Assembly (NCBI RefSeq): GCF_006345805.1
Contig: NW_021832032.1
Location: 1-34,051 of the forward strand
Source: Octopus sinensis
Taxonomy: Eukaryota
DNA: 34,051 nt
Direction: 5' to 3'
Position 1 is the first letter of the stretch. Each line of letters begins with the position of its first letter. Below, in pieces: positions 21,660-34,051 of the stretch. The notes beneath the pieces are model-generated. The model did no database searches and had not been told where the DNA came from. It saw nothing but the letters and a program-made list of their open reading frames with translations. Made by a program: the position numbers and the translations under genes.

Positions 21660-22994
21660 TTGGATTAGCTCGCCTACCTCTGAAGAAGTTCCAGGAACAG
21701 AACACGGACATACACACGACGTTTGTAAATCTAACAGTGGTGAGAAGCTTTGAATAATCATGAAAAAGTTCGGCTGCCATGACATATTCATCAGCATGGT
21801 GCTATAGTTTCACGAGGACATGCTTACTCGTTCACTGGACAATGGTGATTCTTCGGATAAATTTCCATTTACTAACAGAGTCAAACAGGGCTTTGTACTC
21901 GCACCGATACTATTCAGCATAATATTCTCAGCCATGTTGTTGGGCTCATCTGCAACGATGGTGAAACCAGAACCAAGGTCAGATTCAGGACTGATGGCAG
22001 ACACTTCAGCCCACACAGGTTACAGGCTAAGACCAAGGTGGAAGAAGTTTCAGTGTGCGACTTCCTGCTCGCTGATGACTGCACACTTTATGTCGCCACA
22101 GAGACCCAGATAGAGTAGAGTATAAACTGCTTTTCCATCATCTGTACAACATTGGCCTCACAATTAATACTCAGGAGATAAAGATCACCCGCCAACCTGC
22201 CCCGCAGAAGCTATTTGTGGAACTTACTATCACTGCCGAAAGGTAAATCTGGAAGTTGTTGTACACGTACCTCGGTACCACACTCAACAGATCTGAGCAC
22301 ATTGAAAATGGAGACGACAAACGCACCGTCAAGGGAAACTCAGCATTCTGGTGGCTATGTGAATAAATATTGGAGAGGAGAGGTTGGCCACCAAGTTGAA
22401 TGTGTACCAGGCAGGTGTACACCTGCGAGACTTGGACGATATACGAACTCCACGCCAAAAATCTAAACGGCTTCCACATGAACTGTCTGAGAAAGTTGTG
22501 TAAACTCATCTGACTAGACAAGTTCCAAAGAGAGAGATCCTCTCTCAAGCTGATATACCAAGCATTTAAATACTACTGAGGAGAGCACAAGTCAGTTGAG
22601 CAGGCTGCCTTGTTCGAGTGACTGACACAAAAGACTATTTTGCAATGAACTGGCGGAAGAGAAGCGCACACAAGGTGGACAGAAGAAGCGCCGGAAGGAA
22701 AGACTCAAAGTCTAACCGAAGAGCTTTGAGATGAACCCCGACACCTGGGGAATATAAGCTCAAGACAAGCTTGCCTCGCATAGATGTCACCTCGTGCAAA
22801 TAGAAGAATATATTAGGAGCTGAAAGAAAATGTCCAGAGCTAACTAGTTTTCTTCAGTCCCAACAGAATACCAGTGCTTGACTTGCAACCGAAATTTCGA
22901 GCACAGTTCGGTCTGATCGGCCACAGCCGAACACACACTCGGCCCTTTACTCTCATGTGAAACCCTTCGTCATCGTCGATATCGACAGGCGAGC
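21660..22994 (+). mobile_element. 5'-truncated RTE-clade LINE (RT to 3' end), decayed
   Basis: QEQNTDIHTTFVNLT, MKKFGCHDIFISMV, LDNGDSSDKFPFTNRVKQGFVLAPILFSIIFSAML, DFLLADDCTL and a terminal C..F.AQFGLIGHSRTH zinc-finger-like end typical of RTE. Confidence 0.88.
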
Positions 22995-23354
22995 TAATAT
23001 ATATATATACGCACATGTGATAGTTTGTTAATATTTTAATACTATATACATATATGCACATATATGTATATATGTACAAGACTATCTGTGTGTGTGCATA
23101 CATCTGAATGCGCGCGCATGTTTGTGCGGGTGTATATTGAGTTGTGTTGGAGGTTCGAAGGATATCTTAAGAGAGTGCTTCTTGGACTCTGAACCGTTCA
23201 TAGAAAGACGAAACCTAGTTTATGCTTCCTTGCATTAAAGATATATATTTGTATGTGTACGTGCGTGTGTGCGAGTGAGTGTCTATAAGCGAGTATATAT
23301 ATATGAATACATGTACACATACATACATAGATATTTATATGTGTCTTTTATCTT

Positions 23355-23552
23355 TTACTTATTTCAGTTACTAGACTGCGTTCATGCTGGGGCATCGACT
23401 TGAAGAGTTTTTAGTCGACTGAATCGACCACAGAATTTAATTTTTATTTGAGCCTCGTTCTTATTCTATCGATCTCTTTTGCCGAACCGCTAAGTTGCGA
23501 TGATATGAACACACCAACGCTGGTTGTCAAGCGGTAAAGGAGACAAACACAA
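23355..23552 (-). mobile_element. SINE 3' part (family of 13658-13957)
   Basis: CTAGACTGCG..CATGCTGGGGCA..TTGAAG..TAGTCGA..GGTTGTCAAGCGG..GACAAACAC. Confidence 0.75.
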
Positions 23553-23559
23553 ATGCATG

Positions 23560-23753
23560 CGCGCACATATGCACACAAGCACGAACGCACACGCGCATAT
23601 ACCCACACCACGCTCCCCCCCACACACACACACGAACACACACATGTATATATATAGACATATATATATATGTGTGGTGTGTTGTGCGTACATATATTAG
23701 ATATATATATGTATGTATATACATATATATTTGTATATATATGTATATATATA

Positions 23754-23815
<62 letters not shown>
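23560..23815. repeat. Compound (CA)/(AT) microsatellite
   Basis: Direct inspection. Confidence 0.9.
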
Positions 23816-24307
23816 ATATCGTGAAACCAAACAAAGAAGAACAAACAAGAACAAACAAGAAAAATTAATAACGCGAGGATGTGGTACAAGTACTGTATTA
23901 TCAGACGCTCAGGAAAGGAAAGAATGAGGACTTAACGTTTCAAGTCAAGCTCTTATTCTGAAATAGAGAAAAGTCTAAACAGATATATAAACATATATAT
24001 ATTAGAAAATTACTATTTTTAAATCTCACGAGAGATATTCAACAACAGTACTTTGGAGTAAAGATTTTTGCCTACATAACATGCCAGTCCTCTTTTAGGA
24101 CAAATGCTGCTATAATTTAGCCCCAGCAGACATCGTCTCCAGCTAGCTATATAACACCATCTGTGTCCTTATATTTTCGAACAAGAGAATCTAGCACCCC
24201 CACTCAGCTCAAAACAATGTATGTGTATCGCGATTTCTGCGATACACAGATATTGTGTTATGTATATATGTATTTGTGTGTGTGTATGTGTGTGTGTTTG
24301 TGTGTGT

Positions 24308-24350
<43 letters not shown>

Positions 24351-26241
24351 CCGGAGTAAACACATAAATGTGAAACAAGGTGGAAAAAAGAGTACTCAAA
24401 TACCAGAGGTAGAGTAATATGCTTTATTTGAAACCAACGTCAGATCCTAGGCATTGATAAGTTTGGATTTTCAGAAAAAGAAATCAACCGATTCGCACAT
24501 TACAAAACAATGTGTAAGTGGAACAATGAAACTAATAACTTGTCAACAAGTTTGTGTGAACAGTGGCTCTGATTCCACTTTCATGATTCTCATCAAACGA
24601 AAAGAAAGTGATGGGGTTCAGTCCGAGGAGAAAAGTGTCTACCCTCAGATTTTACAATCTTATTGATTATGTTTTTTTATATTTTAATGACAGATGGTTC
24701 TCCTCTGTTTTATCAGAGGGGAACTGTCTCTCTTTACAGGCGGTAACACGAATTTTACAAAAGGCTTGAATCAAAGCCAAACCTAGACATGAAAGGCCCA
24801 GTTTCTAAAATTCATTCTGAATCAGCAATGTTTTCTGGCAACCTGTAATTGAAGAATCTGTTCCAAACTAGCAATACCTCCCCTTCAGTAGCCCTGTTAT
24901 GGACTTCGAGAAGATATATGTAGTCAAATCTCCTTGATATTGTGGTCACTCAAACCTATCATTAACTCCCTTTACAATGCAAAGACGGAAGCATCTCTAG
25001 CCACATTCCCAACGCACAGAGCACCGAACTGTTGCCTAGATGCCAGATGCCAGGAAATGATAATCATGCTGACTTTGTGACAACTAAAACGAAACGATGA
25101 TGATGATGAGAATGGTGGTAATGGTGGAGGAGGAGGGGGTACAGCAGCAGCAGCAGCAGGAGATAAATAAGTATAAATAAATGTAACTCGGTAACTTCTT
25201 TAACTGGGTGGATTGATGGTTTGATTCTGGAATTGGATTCTGAAGTTGAATTTCGACGCTGTTCTAGAAAGTTGGGGTTGGTAATGGAGGTTTGGAAATC
25301 TTATTTTTATTTCATTTCTTTTACTTTTTTGGGGGAGAATGGTTTTAGTTTGGTATTGAAAAGATTTGACATGTCAAGAATGACAGAAGTAAAGACATTG
25401 TATAGAATTGTACATGGAAGAATGATTTATAGTGAGAGTGTAAGATAATATTGAATATGTTTTATATGAGAGGTCAGGTTCAGGGGATTTCTTTTGTTGT
25501 ATTTGTTTTTGTTTTTAGTTGGGGAGGGGTTTAGTATGGCATGAAGTCTCGACGGATCTGTGTTTTAAGAAATAACGAAATTAAAAGACAGAAATACGGC
25601 ATCGAATTTCTAGAATGATTCTTTAGAAAAAAAAAATCCGTGCCAAAAGAATTTTTGAATATGATATTGTCTACTGGAAAATTTTCAGGTTCATTTTTTT
25701 TTAATACACACAGTCAGTTCTAAGAATTATATTTTAATAGTTTTTTGCGGAAATTGATAAGAGATTTACAATTTTTAAAATATAATTTAAGCTTCAGTAG
25801 ATAATATTGAATTTTGATCACATCGGCTAAACTCTTGAGTTCATAACCGATTGCACTTGGAACAAAGACCGAAATGGCATTTTCGCCAATGTGAGGATAA
25901 ACGATATCATGTAACATTCCTAGAGATCTATGCAAACCGAAGTTGTTACTATTTCATATTAGTGGAAATGACTTCAACATTATTGTAATAAACTCATTCT
26001 ATTGGATGGTATTAATCAGAATGCTGCGTATTGTCAGACTGGGCAAAGGCCAATAAATTTTAAGCATCTTCAGTATTGTTTTAAAGTTAATCTCAGAGAG
26101 TTTAAAAGAAGAGGATGGCAAACTAAAAATATTTTGTACAAATTAGTTTTCATTGGTTGTTGCTTTACTGTAGAGCGGAGCTACTGGTTAGTATGGTTTC
26201 GTATATACCTACAGACAGACACATACACACTCCTATATGTA

Positions 26242-26274
<33 letters not shown>

Positions 26275-26277
<3 letters not shown>

Positions 26278-26564
26278 AGGAGCACTCCGTCGGTTACGAC
26301 GACGAGGGTCCCAGTTGTTACCATCAACGGATCAGCTTGCTCGTGAAATTAACGTGCAAGTGGCTGAGGACTCCACAGACACGTGTATCCTTCACGTACT
26401 TCTCAGTGGGATTCAGCATGACACCGAGTGTGACAAGGCTGAGTAGACTGGAGCAACATGAAATAAAGTGTCTCACTCAAGAACACAACGCTCCGTCGGG
26501 AATCGAAATCACGACCTTTCGATCATGAGCCGAATGACCTAACCACTACGTCACGCGCCTTCAC
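26275..26564 (-). mobile_element. tRNA-derived SINE (family of 19347-19660)
   Basis: The reverse complement starts GTGAAGGCGCGTGACGTAGTGGTTAGG..GTCGTGATTTCGATTCCCG; the body matches 19540-19660. Confidence 0.8.
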
Positions 26565-27019
26565 GATGTATGTATATATATATATACATATATATCCGTT
26601 ATGTACAACAGAAGCAGTATTATATTCATGCAACCTTAATTCAAATAAATGGCGAAAAGTACATTTACTGCAGTATTTGTCCGGCGATAACAACACTTAT
26701 GGACATATTGTGTTTGATAACACAAATATTTCAGTTAACAGATGAAAGTTGTCCAGCACCTGCGGTGAAAATGCTCGCTGCACACTTCTGTCTCAGTAAA
26801 ACTTGTTATCAGTTTGTATTCACTGATAACTCCACACTAGAAGAAAACGTTATGCTTTCAACAACCTTAACAGAGACACATGTACAATCTCTAATGTAGT
26901 TAAACAGTTTTATGAAGATCTATTAATCAATAAATCTAAATAGAACAATCATAAAACGCAGAATTTCAATAGTTTCCGCTAGTAAATATTATTATATAAT
27001 ATTGATATCAAATTTTGGT

Positions 27020-27265
27020 ACGAGACCAGCCATTGTTGAAGAGGGTGAAATTCGATTAAATTGACCCCTGTACTCAACTAGTACTCAACGTAAAGTAGGT
27101 AGAAATGCCACTAAGCATATTTTTCCGGCGCGGTAACGATTCTAGCGGTAGAGATTTAAAACTCCTTAGACTTTGAGTTCAAATTTTATCGTGCTTTCTT
27201 CAACTTCCATCCTTCTGGGATTAATAAAATAAGTTCACATTTGCGTACTGGGTCGACCTTAACCT
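27020..27265 (+). mobile_element. Strongly decayed SINE pieces
   Basis: CGATTAAATTGACCCCTGTACTCAAC and TTTGAGTTCAAAT..TTCCATCCTTCTGGGATTAATAAAATAAG resemble the SINE core seen at 16599. Confidence 0.5.
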
Positions 27266-27787
27266 ATCAGCTATGTATGTCTATATCAGAAATTTATATT
27301 ATAATGTAATGGTAATAAACTTGTTAATTGGCCATTAATAACCGACTTAATAATATTTCATTCTTCTATACCTCAAAGAGAAATATATTCGTTTATAAAT
27401 GTGTATTTTTAGTTAATATTTAATGCATACGTTTATATTTGATATTTGATACACGCCTATAACAATATCCTTTTCGTTATCAACCACTGTTCAAGAAATA
27501 GCAACGAAATATCCTTCTAATCTCGCCTATTTTAAAATAAGAAAAAAACACTGGATAATGTTTTCCTAAAGAAAGTATATCCACAAAAATTACAGATTGT
27601 TACAGCTATAATACCTTGGGTCATGAATGGGTTTGCAGGATTACAGAAAGAGTAGGCTGTGGTCATTAAACATAAAGAGGAACAACATGCTAACTATGGA
27701 TTTGAGTTTGGTATTTGTATGTCAGTGTGTTAATACGTAAATATTTACCCGTCAAAGTGCATGTATACAAGTGTGTGTATACTTATG

Positions 27788-27818
<31 letters not shown>

Positions 27819-28434
27819 GAACATGTGCATATATGCATTTATATACATATAGATATGTGTGTATGTGTTAACATTATGCGTGTGCTTCTTTGTAAGTTTG
27901 ATGTGTACGTGTGTGAGTGTCTGTACATAAGCTTATACACGAAAATAAACTTTGCGCGCATATGTAAGTTGTAATAAAGCGAAAACTAAATATAATGCAA
28001 GTAGCTAACTGATCATGTGACCGAAATATTTCTAAAAAAGAATTTGTGGGCATTTAAAAACATTTATTTGCTTAAATTTGACACACGTGTGTGACGAAAT
28101 TAATCAACAAACACACACTCATATAGGCTATTTTTTGCTCTCTTTTAAATGTGTTTATTTTGTGTATATATTTTATTTGTGCTTGTATATTTACTTTAAA
28201 AACATCTCTCTTACGCCACAACAAAACAGAAGAGCACAGTTATATTATAATTTGGATGGTGGAATATGCTCAGAATGTTGGGTGGGATAGGCTGTGTAAG
28301 TACGTGGCTATATGTATATCATCGCTCAGTTTTTCTTTCAAGATTTTTTGCCAATAGAGAAAGAGCTGGTTTCTAACCTAGATCCAAGGCACCTCCATTG
28401 GAATTTCAATAACATCAACAGGGTATTTTTGTAC

Positions 28435-28435
<1 letters not shown>

Positions 28436-28490
<55 letters not shown>

Positions 28491-28545
28491 TGTATGTATG
28501 TATGTATGTATGCATGCATGTATACATGTATGTATGTATGTATAT

Positions 28546-28586
<41 letters not shown>

Positions 28587-28590
28587 TGTT
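28436..28590. repeat. (ATGT)n/(AT)n
   Basis: Direct inspection. Confidence 0.9.
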
Positions 28591-29289
28591 CAGATTTGTA
28601 TGTTTTGTTTTATGTATATATTCTCATGCATGTAGTTGCAGACATGCTCTGCTCGTGTATGTATGCATGTATATAGATAGATAGATACATTTAGACATAT
28701 ATACATACATTGATATGCTTCAACAAATGTATATACATATATTAGCATTTGAATATGTACCCATGTTTATATATGTGTGTGTGTATATATATAAATATAT
28801 ACATACACACATGCGTTCTTTCATACATACACATATTCACTCACGCACACACACACACACATACACACACACGCACACGCACACACGCAAAGGCCACTGC
28901 CACTATAACAACGGGATGATGGTTTATATACACACATACTTTAGGAAATGGAGATAAGTAAAGGGACTTAACCGTAAGATATATATGATTTAGCAGCAGG
29001 TGCTACTCTCCAGTATATATACTCAAATATGGTCGGTGTAGTGAGTATAGTCGTAATTCGGAGAACGCGATTGGTGAGGATACTTGTTCACAATTGTAAG
29101 GGCAACGCGGATTTGAAATGTTCCTCTGTTTGGACCATGGTGTTATTTCCATACTGAAATACTTCATTTGCATTACTCATAGTATTGTTTCCCTGTGCCT
29201 ATTCTCGCATTTGTATGTTAATATCCATCGCTTCTGTAATTCGTATTTGTAAACATGCATCTTTTGTTGCTCTTGTGGCAATAAGAAAT

Positions 29290-29346
29290 TATTATTATCA
29301 TCATCATCATCACATCTCATCATCATCATCATCATTATTATTATTA

Positions 29347-29377
<31 letters not shown>

Positions 29378-29395
29378 GATTATTATTATTATTAC

Positions 29396-29449
<54 letters not shown>

Positions 29450-29469
29450 CATTATTATTATTATTATTA

Positions 29470-29506
<37 letters not shown>

Positions 29507-29508
29507 GA
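29290..29508. repeat. (ATC)n/(ATT)n
   Basis: Direct inspection. Confidence 0.95.
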
Positions 29509-29599
29509 TGTCATTGGTATTATTTGCTATTTTTGTTGGTATGAAACAACTATTTGCAGACATTGCCACAAGGGAATAAATAAAATAAAGGAAACAAAA

Positions 29600-29668
29600 G
29601 TATATATATTTTTAATTTTTATATATATACATATATATACATATATATATATATACATATATATATAC

Positions 29669-29701
<33 letters not shown>

Positions 29702-29716
29702 TATATAATAATATAC

Positions 29717-29770
<54 letters not shown>
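29600..29770. repeat. (AT)n with AC variants
   Basis: Direct inspection. Confidence 0.9.
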
Positions 29771-29773
<3 letters not shown>

Positions 29774-31689
29774 CTTTGTTTTTTTTTATATTTTAAGTGG
29801 GGAGACGGAGGAAATGGAAAACAGATATTAAAATAAACTAAAAAGTAAAACAAATTTGTACAAACATCACGTCCTAATCGTTTTATTCCCTATATGGATA
29901 TTAAACTTAAGAATACTTAATGAGAACCATGTAATATATAGAATTTGAAGTATAGTTAAGTATTATTTCGTAAATTCCTAACATGTTTGGGTGGACGCCA
30001 ATTACGAATTAAAACATACATGAATGTTATATTCTTTGGTTGTTTCATAGTCTCGATAGAAAGATGGAAATCTAGATTAAATCTTATAAACACATTAACC
30101 TTGTCCTTTAAATCATAAAAATTCGTTAGATCACTTCAGACGAGATATTTTTAAAGATGAAACATAACTCTACAATTAAGGTTATATGGGAATGTTTAAA
30201 TACTTTGCCCAAAGATAAAACTGATCCCCTACGAGCCAAAATACGAGCCACTACTTTCTAGGTCAATTAGCTAGAAATAGCAGTAAAGGTTTCTTTACCT
30301 CATATTCTATACTCTCAAAAACGAAAAAGTATTGGACGATCACACTTGAAACGATTTTGATTAGTAAAGTATTGATGTAGATACGCGGGTTAAACAACAA
30401 GCGCAACAGATTATAACCTACTAGCCACGAGCCTATAAAATCATATAGCAATCGTGTGGGGAATTTCATAACATATTAGGTCCATGAAGAACTACAGATC
30501 TTGTTTTCATTTAGTACATCTGGGTCTCATAACTTTCTGCTTTGTATATATACATAGAAAAATAATTAAACACTGCTGATTACGAAATATCCAACTGTAT
30601 AATGAAGCTTCTATGCAGCCAAGAGAACTAGGTCATTGAAATTTATACAGTGACAACTAGGTCATTGAACGTTCGACAGCTAAGACAAATACGGTTATGC
30701 TGGAGCACCAACGTAAAGGATTAGGGAGGATCATACACAGACCATACTTCTTGAGTTTGTTGCTTATCTTAGCGATCTCTGGTGAGGTTCTCCATTACTT
30801 TGGCCACAAATATGATACGGTGCGTGGTGTAAGAGCATAAATTGGCGAAGCCCGAGAGACAAGTCGCTATCTCTTGTGAGTGTATTCTATGAAGTTCTAC
30901 AACATTGCTAGTTAATCATTAAAGGATTGATAAACTGATCAGAAACCGATAGACTGCCTACACGAATTATCGTGTTACAGGCTTCCATGAGCGCCACTTT
31001 TGAGGACACAGAATCTTTGGTTATCTCATTAAGGTCATGCATATAAAGAAAAGGAGTTCATATGGAAAAAAAAATCACTTGGATTAATTTCCACGTAAAT
31101 TAATGGATGATGCGAAAGAGGTTTTCACATAAAGAAATACTGTTTTCGTTATTGAAGAATTTCAGGCCTAACTTTTTAGCAAACAAAAATCCTTTTTCAG
31201 TGCTCAACTTAGGTTTCAAATTTACAATGCAGTTGACCATTCAAAGTGCTTAACGTAATTAGTGGGCGATCTTCTGACTTTTCAATTTCTATTAGCTACT
31301 CGTCTCTCTGACATGTATTTACCCTCAAGTCGGATGCGAAAGCGAAACCTGAAATAATGTACCTGAGGCAAAGGAAGCAAAATATTTTTTTTCTTATTTA
31401 CACTTCTGTTTCGACACTTCTGATTCACAATAAAAAGAAAAGAAACTGTCATACTAAACACAAAATAAATGCAACTAATTCCGAAAAGAGAAAAATAACA
31501 TGGAAACTTTGCTGCCAAAAGACATTTTGGTCCTCCACAAACAGAAAAGGAAATGATTTATTGTTTGACTAGTGAAAAAATTTAAGCGATAAATGCATTG
31601 GTGAGGGTGGTTCTAGAAAGGCAAGATCTCGAAAATAAACTGTAAGATGCGTTGTGAGGCAAGGAAGATAAGGAATATCTGTTTGTACA

Positions 31690-32340
31690 AAAATGATAGT
31701 TTTTGAAGCAAAGATGATTAGCAGTTTAGAATATGTTTACGAAAATTGTATAAAAATTCTCAACGAGTTTGAGATGAAACTGTGGAGGAGCTTTACATGT
31801 GAGCATCGACAAACTACAGTGGTTTATCCTGATACAACAAAGAAGTGGTCTCTTCCTGTTAACAACGGCATTGCTATTGGAGGCTATTGAAGGTTGATAC
31901 TGCCACACAAATTCCCCGCGCAATTTCCTTCGACATAGCCACAAGGTATGAGGAATGCCACACACCCTTCTTTGCAAATGAAGAAAGTAGGTTAATTGGT
32001 TGATTTTTACAATAGATCCAGCTAACTAACCGATGCCTTCTACAGCTATCCAATAAAGTAACAACTCATAGATATTAAACGATTATGTGCCAGAGTGTTT
32101 CATCACCTTGCACACATTTCGAAAGGGTCAGGTTGCAGGGTGATCTGCTATGCTAATATCTCTTGAAATGACAACGTATCAATACTGACTCCTATTTCAC
32201 AATACGATAAAAGTATTCTGGAAATATTTCAAAGTCCCGAAGTTGAAATTCATCTACAGGCTCTACTGGTCGATGCCCAGAATAGTTACCAGGTCATTAC
32301 AAGATATGCGTTCACTAACTCAATAGACTATGTAGGTTGA
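31690..32340 (+). mobile_element. Possible ancient Helitron PIF1-helicase remnant
   Basis: Loose resemblances only: VNNGIAIGGY..HKFP to ASSGIAA.LL.GG.T.HS.FK.P, and SILTPISQ..DAQNSY..FTNSI to AILTP.N..D..YP.EFLNSL. Many stops. Confidence 0.25.
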
Positions 32341-32859
32341 CATTCCACAGACTTCATTTTTGTATTTCATACACCTGATCTTTCAAAATGCTCAACACTC
32401 AACGAATAATGGAACTCAGCCAGTAGAATTGTGTAAAAGAGAGATTTTTTTTTTTAAATCTCTCCTAATTTTTCAGATGCATCACCCTTGTGCAAATATC
32501 CTCTGCGATCACATATTTTTATGGCTATAATGATTTAGAGCTAGCTCAACCAAAACGCTTTAAACTGATCCCAGTTCTTGAACGGTACTTTATTGCATTA
32601 TCTTCTGAGAAGATGAAAAATTGAAGCGGAATTCCAGATATTTGCATAAAGGGAATTAAACAAGAGCATAAATGCGAAATTTGGATTCAATATTTTACGC
32701 ATCGAATACTCTAATGACTGATTTATAACAACAGCAGAAACAACGATACCAATTCCAAAACGAAATAACTAAATAAATAAAACAGCAGCAGCAGCAGCAG
32801 AAGCAATAATAACAGTGTTGTAAATATATGTTGCTTTTTTTGGATACCAACGAACAAAC

Positions 32860-32947
32860 ACACACACATACATGGCATACATACATACATACATACATAC
32901 ATACACACATACATACATACATACATACATGCATACATACATACATA

Positions 32948-33020
<73 letters not shown>

Positions 33021-33025
33021 TATAT
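32860..33025. repeat. (ACAT)n/(AT)n
   Basis: Direct inspection. Confidence 0.9.
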
Positions 33026-33618
33026 AAACCACCCTCGATCGCTCGTGGTTGGTTGTAATACGTATGCATGTCTGCACATAGATGCATATATATTATTTGA
33101 TGTCTATGTAATCTATATGGTTTACAAGGTACTAAATGACTGGCAGAAGGGTGGTGTGAAGAAAATATAAATATGAATAAATAGATGTGTAGATATTTCA
33201 GTTGATATAAACACAAATATATATATATCAATCTCCACAGATTTTCGCATGAGATTTTTCAGCATTCTGTTATTATATAATTGAAATGAAACTGTGCTGC
33301 ATTTAAAACAATATTTGTATAACTGCTGTGTCTCAATCAAAAAATGATGCAGTATTTCCACAAGTGACTTCAAGTCTGTCTGCTAACACCGTAGGCAGTA
33401 ATACCACAAACAATATCAATATTGTCACAGCTACAGAAAAAGCACTAATTAATCCAAAGAAGATGGGTGTTTTTGACGCGTTTGACAGCCATTGGCGTCT
33501 TGCGTCTTGTATGTGGGAGATGTTCTGGTAGAGAATAAGATATAGTTTAATGTGTAGTTCATTCTAAATACAGCAGGTCACGTACCTTTAGAACATTCAT
33601 ATGCGTACACACACCGAC

Positions 33619-33619
<1 letters not shown>

Positions 33620-33660
<41 letters not shown>

Positions 33661-33972
33661 TATATACACAATATGTACATTCACATATGTATACGTACAT
33701 TAATACCATATACATATATATACATATATACATACATATATATATATATATATATAAACACAGTTAGTATATATAATATATATATATTATATATATATAT
33801 AATATATATATATATATGCATGTATAGAGACACACACGCAGACAAACACACACATATATGTGTGTGTCTGCATTTGTTTATCTGCGAGCATATATGTATA
33901 ATATATATACACACACACGCCATATATATACATGTGTGTGTGCGTGTCTGTGTGTCTGTGTCTGTGTGTACA
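33620..33972. repeat. Compound (AT)/(CA)/(GT) microsatellite
   Basis: Direct inspection. Confidence 0.9.
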
Positions 33973-34051
33973 TCCATATCATTTTATCCTTTTCCTAGTT
34001 TAAGACATTGGAGTGTGGCCATGCTGAAGCATGCTTATATTAAGGTCTGTA

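Noticed and set aside
24420-25500. Non-repetitive-looking stretch with short ORFs, possibly Tx1/L1 debris
   Set aside because: No ordered motifs; cannot be assigned by eye.
25720-26160. Helitron-like echoes IVYPHIGEN (minus) and TKNILYK (plus)
   Set aside because: On opposite strands and too short to call.
26760-26810. EVCSEHF, a THAP-like motif on the minus strand
   Set aside because: Short frame bounded by stops; no upstream CxxxC or W.
30700-31050. Possible Tc1/mariner transposase C-terminal remnant (AKVMENLTRD)
   Set aside because: Only weak similarity, no TIRs located.
31323-31362. 40-nt minus-strand pseudo-exon (CCTTTGCCTCAG | ... GAGG | GTAAAT) encoding VHYFRFRFRIRLE, ending in phase 1
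   Set aside because: Phase fits exon 2, but the peptide has no resemblance to the FGF segment expected there; such sites arise by chance.

Overview
AT-rich eukaryotic genomic DNA dense in microsatellites and transposons. The SINE/LINE families look like those of Octopus; this is recognition from memory, not a database search. The only host gene I can support is a fibroblast growth factor (FGF) on the minus strand. It has a 104-nt internal exon (9131-9028) and a terminal coding exon (1962-1362) that ends in a long Thr/Ala-rich and then Lys/Arg/Cys-rich tail. Exon 1 was not found, so most of the window is probably intron. The introns hold R4/Dong-like (RLE) LINE fragments, a Penelope RT fragment, an RTE LINE, tRNA-derived SINEs, Tc1/mariner/pogo-type non-autonomous elements, two foldback palindromes and many simple repeats. 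Nearly all ORFs in the supplied track are repeat or antisense artefacts. Main leads: (1) the strongest splice sites of FGF exons 2 and 3 are 1 nt out of frame; (2) a hammerhead-ribozyme-like motif with a compensatory U3:A8 core lies in the Penelope end; (3) hammerhead-like cores sit in both arms of a 375-bp foldback; (4) inverted repeats flank FGF exon 2. No CRISPR array, rRNA or genuine tRNA was seen.
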